A stretch of DNA of 63,972 nt, the filler included, from Octopus bimaculoides (Eukaryota), in assembly GCF_001194135.2 (NCBI RefSeq). It is 6 parts of 6 records of this genome, joined end to end, with 100 filler letters (N's around TTAATTAATTAA, not from the genome) between each part and the next. Parts side by side here need not be neighbours in the genome. Positions count along the whole stretch, not along the records: positions 62,862 to 63,972 come from NW_026382003.1; 5 more parts are not named here. One strand, written 5' to 3'. Positions 62,762 through 63,972 of this stretch are shown here, piece after piece; positions within the stretch are counted from its first letter, which is position 1; each line of letters opens with the position of its first letter. The notes below the pieces were generated by a model, which searched no databases, was not told where the DNA came from, and saw only the letters and a list, made by a program, of their open reading frames with translations. Made by a program: the position numbers and the translations under genes.

Positions 62762-62861
62762 NNNNNNNNNNNNNNNNNNNNNNNNNNNNNNNNNNNNNNN
62801 NNNNNTTAATTAATTAANNNNNNNNNNNNNNNNNNNNNNNNNNNNNNNNNNNNNNNNNNNN
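62762..62861. other. Artificial 100-bp join
   Basis: 44 N + TTAATTAATTAA + 44 N. Confidence 0.95.
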
Positions 62862-62955
62862 TACGACAGTTTGACCAAAAGAACCAGCTATTGCAAGCAA
62901 AAATAAATATTTAAAAAGAAACGCATTAAGCCACACACACACACACATATATATA

Positions 62956-63972
62956 CAAGGGTTGGACAAAATAATGGAAACACTGAGCATCATAACATCA
63001 TAAATTTGAAATATCTCTAAAACCGTCAAAAGCTTGTTTATTTTTATGTTTTTTGTTGATTATTAGTGCTGTTTAATATGTTTTGCTAAAATTGCTGTTT
63101 CTTTTCAGATATCATCAGAAAAAAGCAATTAAAAGTCATTAAAATGAAAGATATCACACTTTCAAAGAGGTCAAATTGTTTGTGCTCGTATGGCAGGCGC
63201 TAGAGTAACGAATACAAGCGAAATGTTTGGTGTATGAAGAAGTACTGTCTCAAAAGAAATGACAGCCTTTGGGAAAGAGGGAAAAACCTCCTGATCGAAA
63301 CAAAACTCCGGAAGAAAACCAAAATTTTCAGATGGGGACCGTCGGACTCTAACACGAATTGTTAGAAAGTATCACAAAAGTACAGCTCCCCAAATTACTG
63401 CAGAGCTTAATGACCACCTCGAGAACCCAGTTTCCACAAAAACTGTTCGCCGGGAGCTGCACAAAGCCGGATTTCACGGGAGGGCTGCAATCAGAAAACC
63501 ATTACTTTCAAAAACAAACATTGCAAAGCATTTAGAGTGAAGTAAAAACCTACAGAATTGGTCCCTAGAGCAGTGGAAGGATGTTATTTTCTCCAACGAG
63601 TCATCCGTTACCTTATTTCCGACAACCGGCCGAGTATACGTGTGGAGACAGCCAAAAGAAACGTTTGACCCAGACTACCTTCTTCCAACTGTTCAACATG
63701 GAGGAGGATCTGTGATGATCTGGTGGTGGTGGTGGGGGGCTATATCTTGGAAATCCGCCAGGTCAGTGGTTTCACTTCATGGCAGAATTAATAGTCAAGA
63801 CTATTTAAGCATTTTATCTGATCAAATTTATCCTATGGTTGCAGAACTGTTTCCGGAGGGAAACACAATCTTTCAGGATGATAATGAAGGAATTCACACA
63901 GCTAAAGTTGTTACTGAATAGCACGAAGAACATTCTGGTGAAGTTGAACACCTTATCTGACCACCACTATCC
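62956..63972 (+). pseudogene. Decayed Tc1-family transposon (5' TIR + transposase from 63144, cut by window end)
   Basis: TA|CAAGGGTTGGACAAAATAATGGAAACAC; QRGQIV, SGRKPK, VIFSNES, HGGGSVMIW, FQDDN; several stops and a frameshift. Confidence 0.93.

Overview
AT-rich, microsatellite-dense, gap-ridden eukaryotic DNA. The SINE/LINE repertoire looks like an octopus (coleoid cephalopod) assembly; this is inference from repeat families as I recall them, not a search result. Five identical 100-bp spacers (44 N + TTAATTAATTAA + 44 N) appear to be artificial joins, so the window is best read as six blocks whose adjacency is unproven. I found no prokaryotic features (no CRISPR, no operons) and no intact, identifiable protein-coding gene. 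The sequence is mostly transposon debris: about five tRNA-derived SINE families, RTE and R4/Dong-like LINE fragments, Penelope-like remnants, decayed mariner and Tc1 transposases, MITEs, a probable solo LTR and two minisatellite arrays. There are also a few unidentified exon-like segments. The most interesting signal is self-cleaving RNA structure, folded by hand: (i) a complete HDV/CPEB3-like double-pseudoknot at the 5' end of a GC-rich, probably RTE-type element (37969-38123, minus), with an unusual G-C swap in P1.1; (ii) a tRNA-headed SINE whose 3' module carries a minimal hammerhead (62134-62179, decayed second copy at 56705-56750); (iii) several more Penelope-style hammerhead motifs. None has been tested, and both ribozyme classes are already known from retroelements of other animals.
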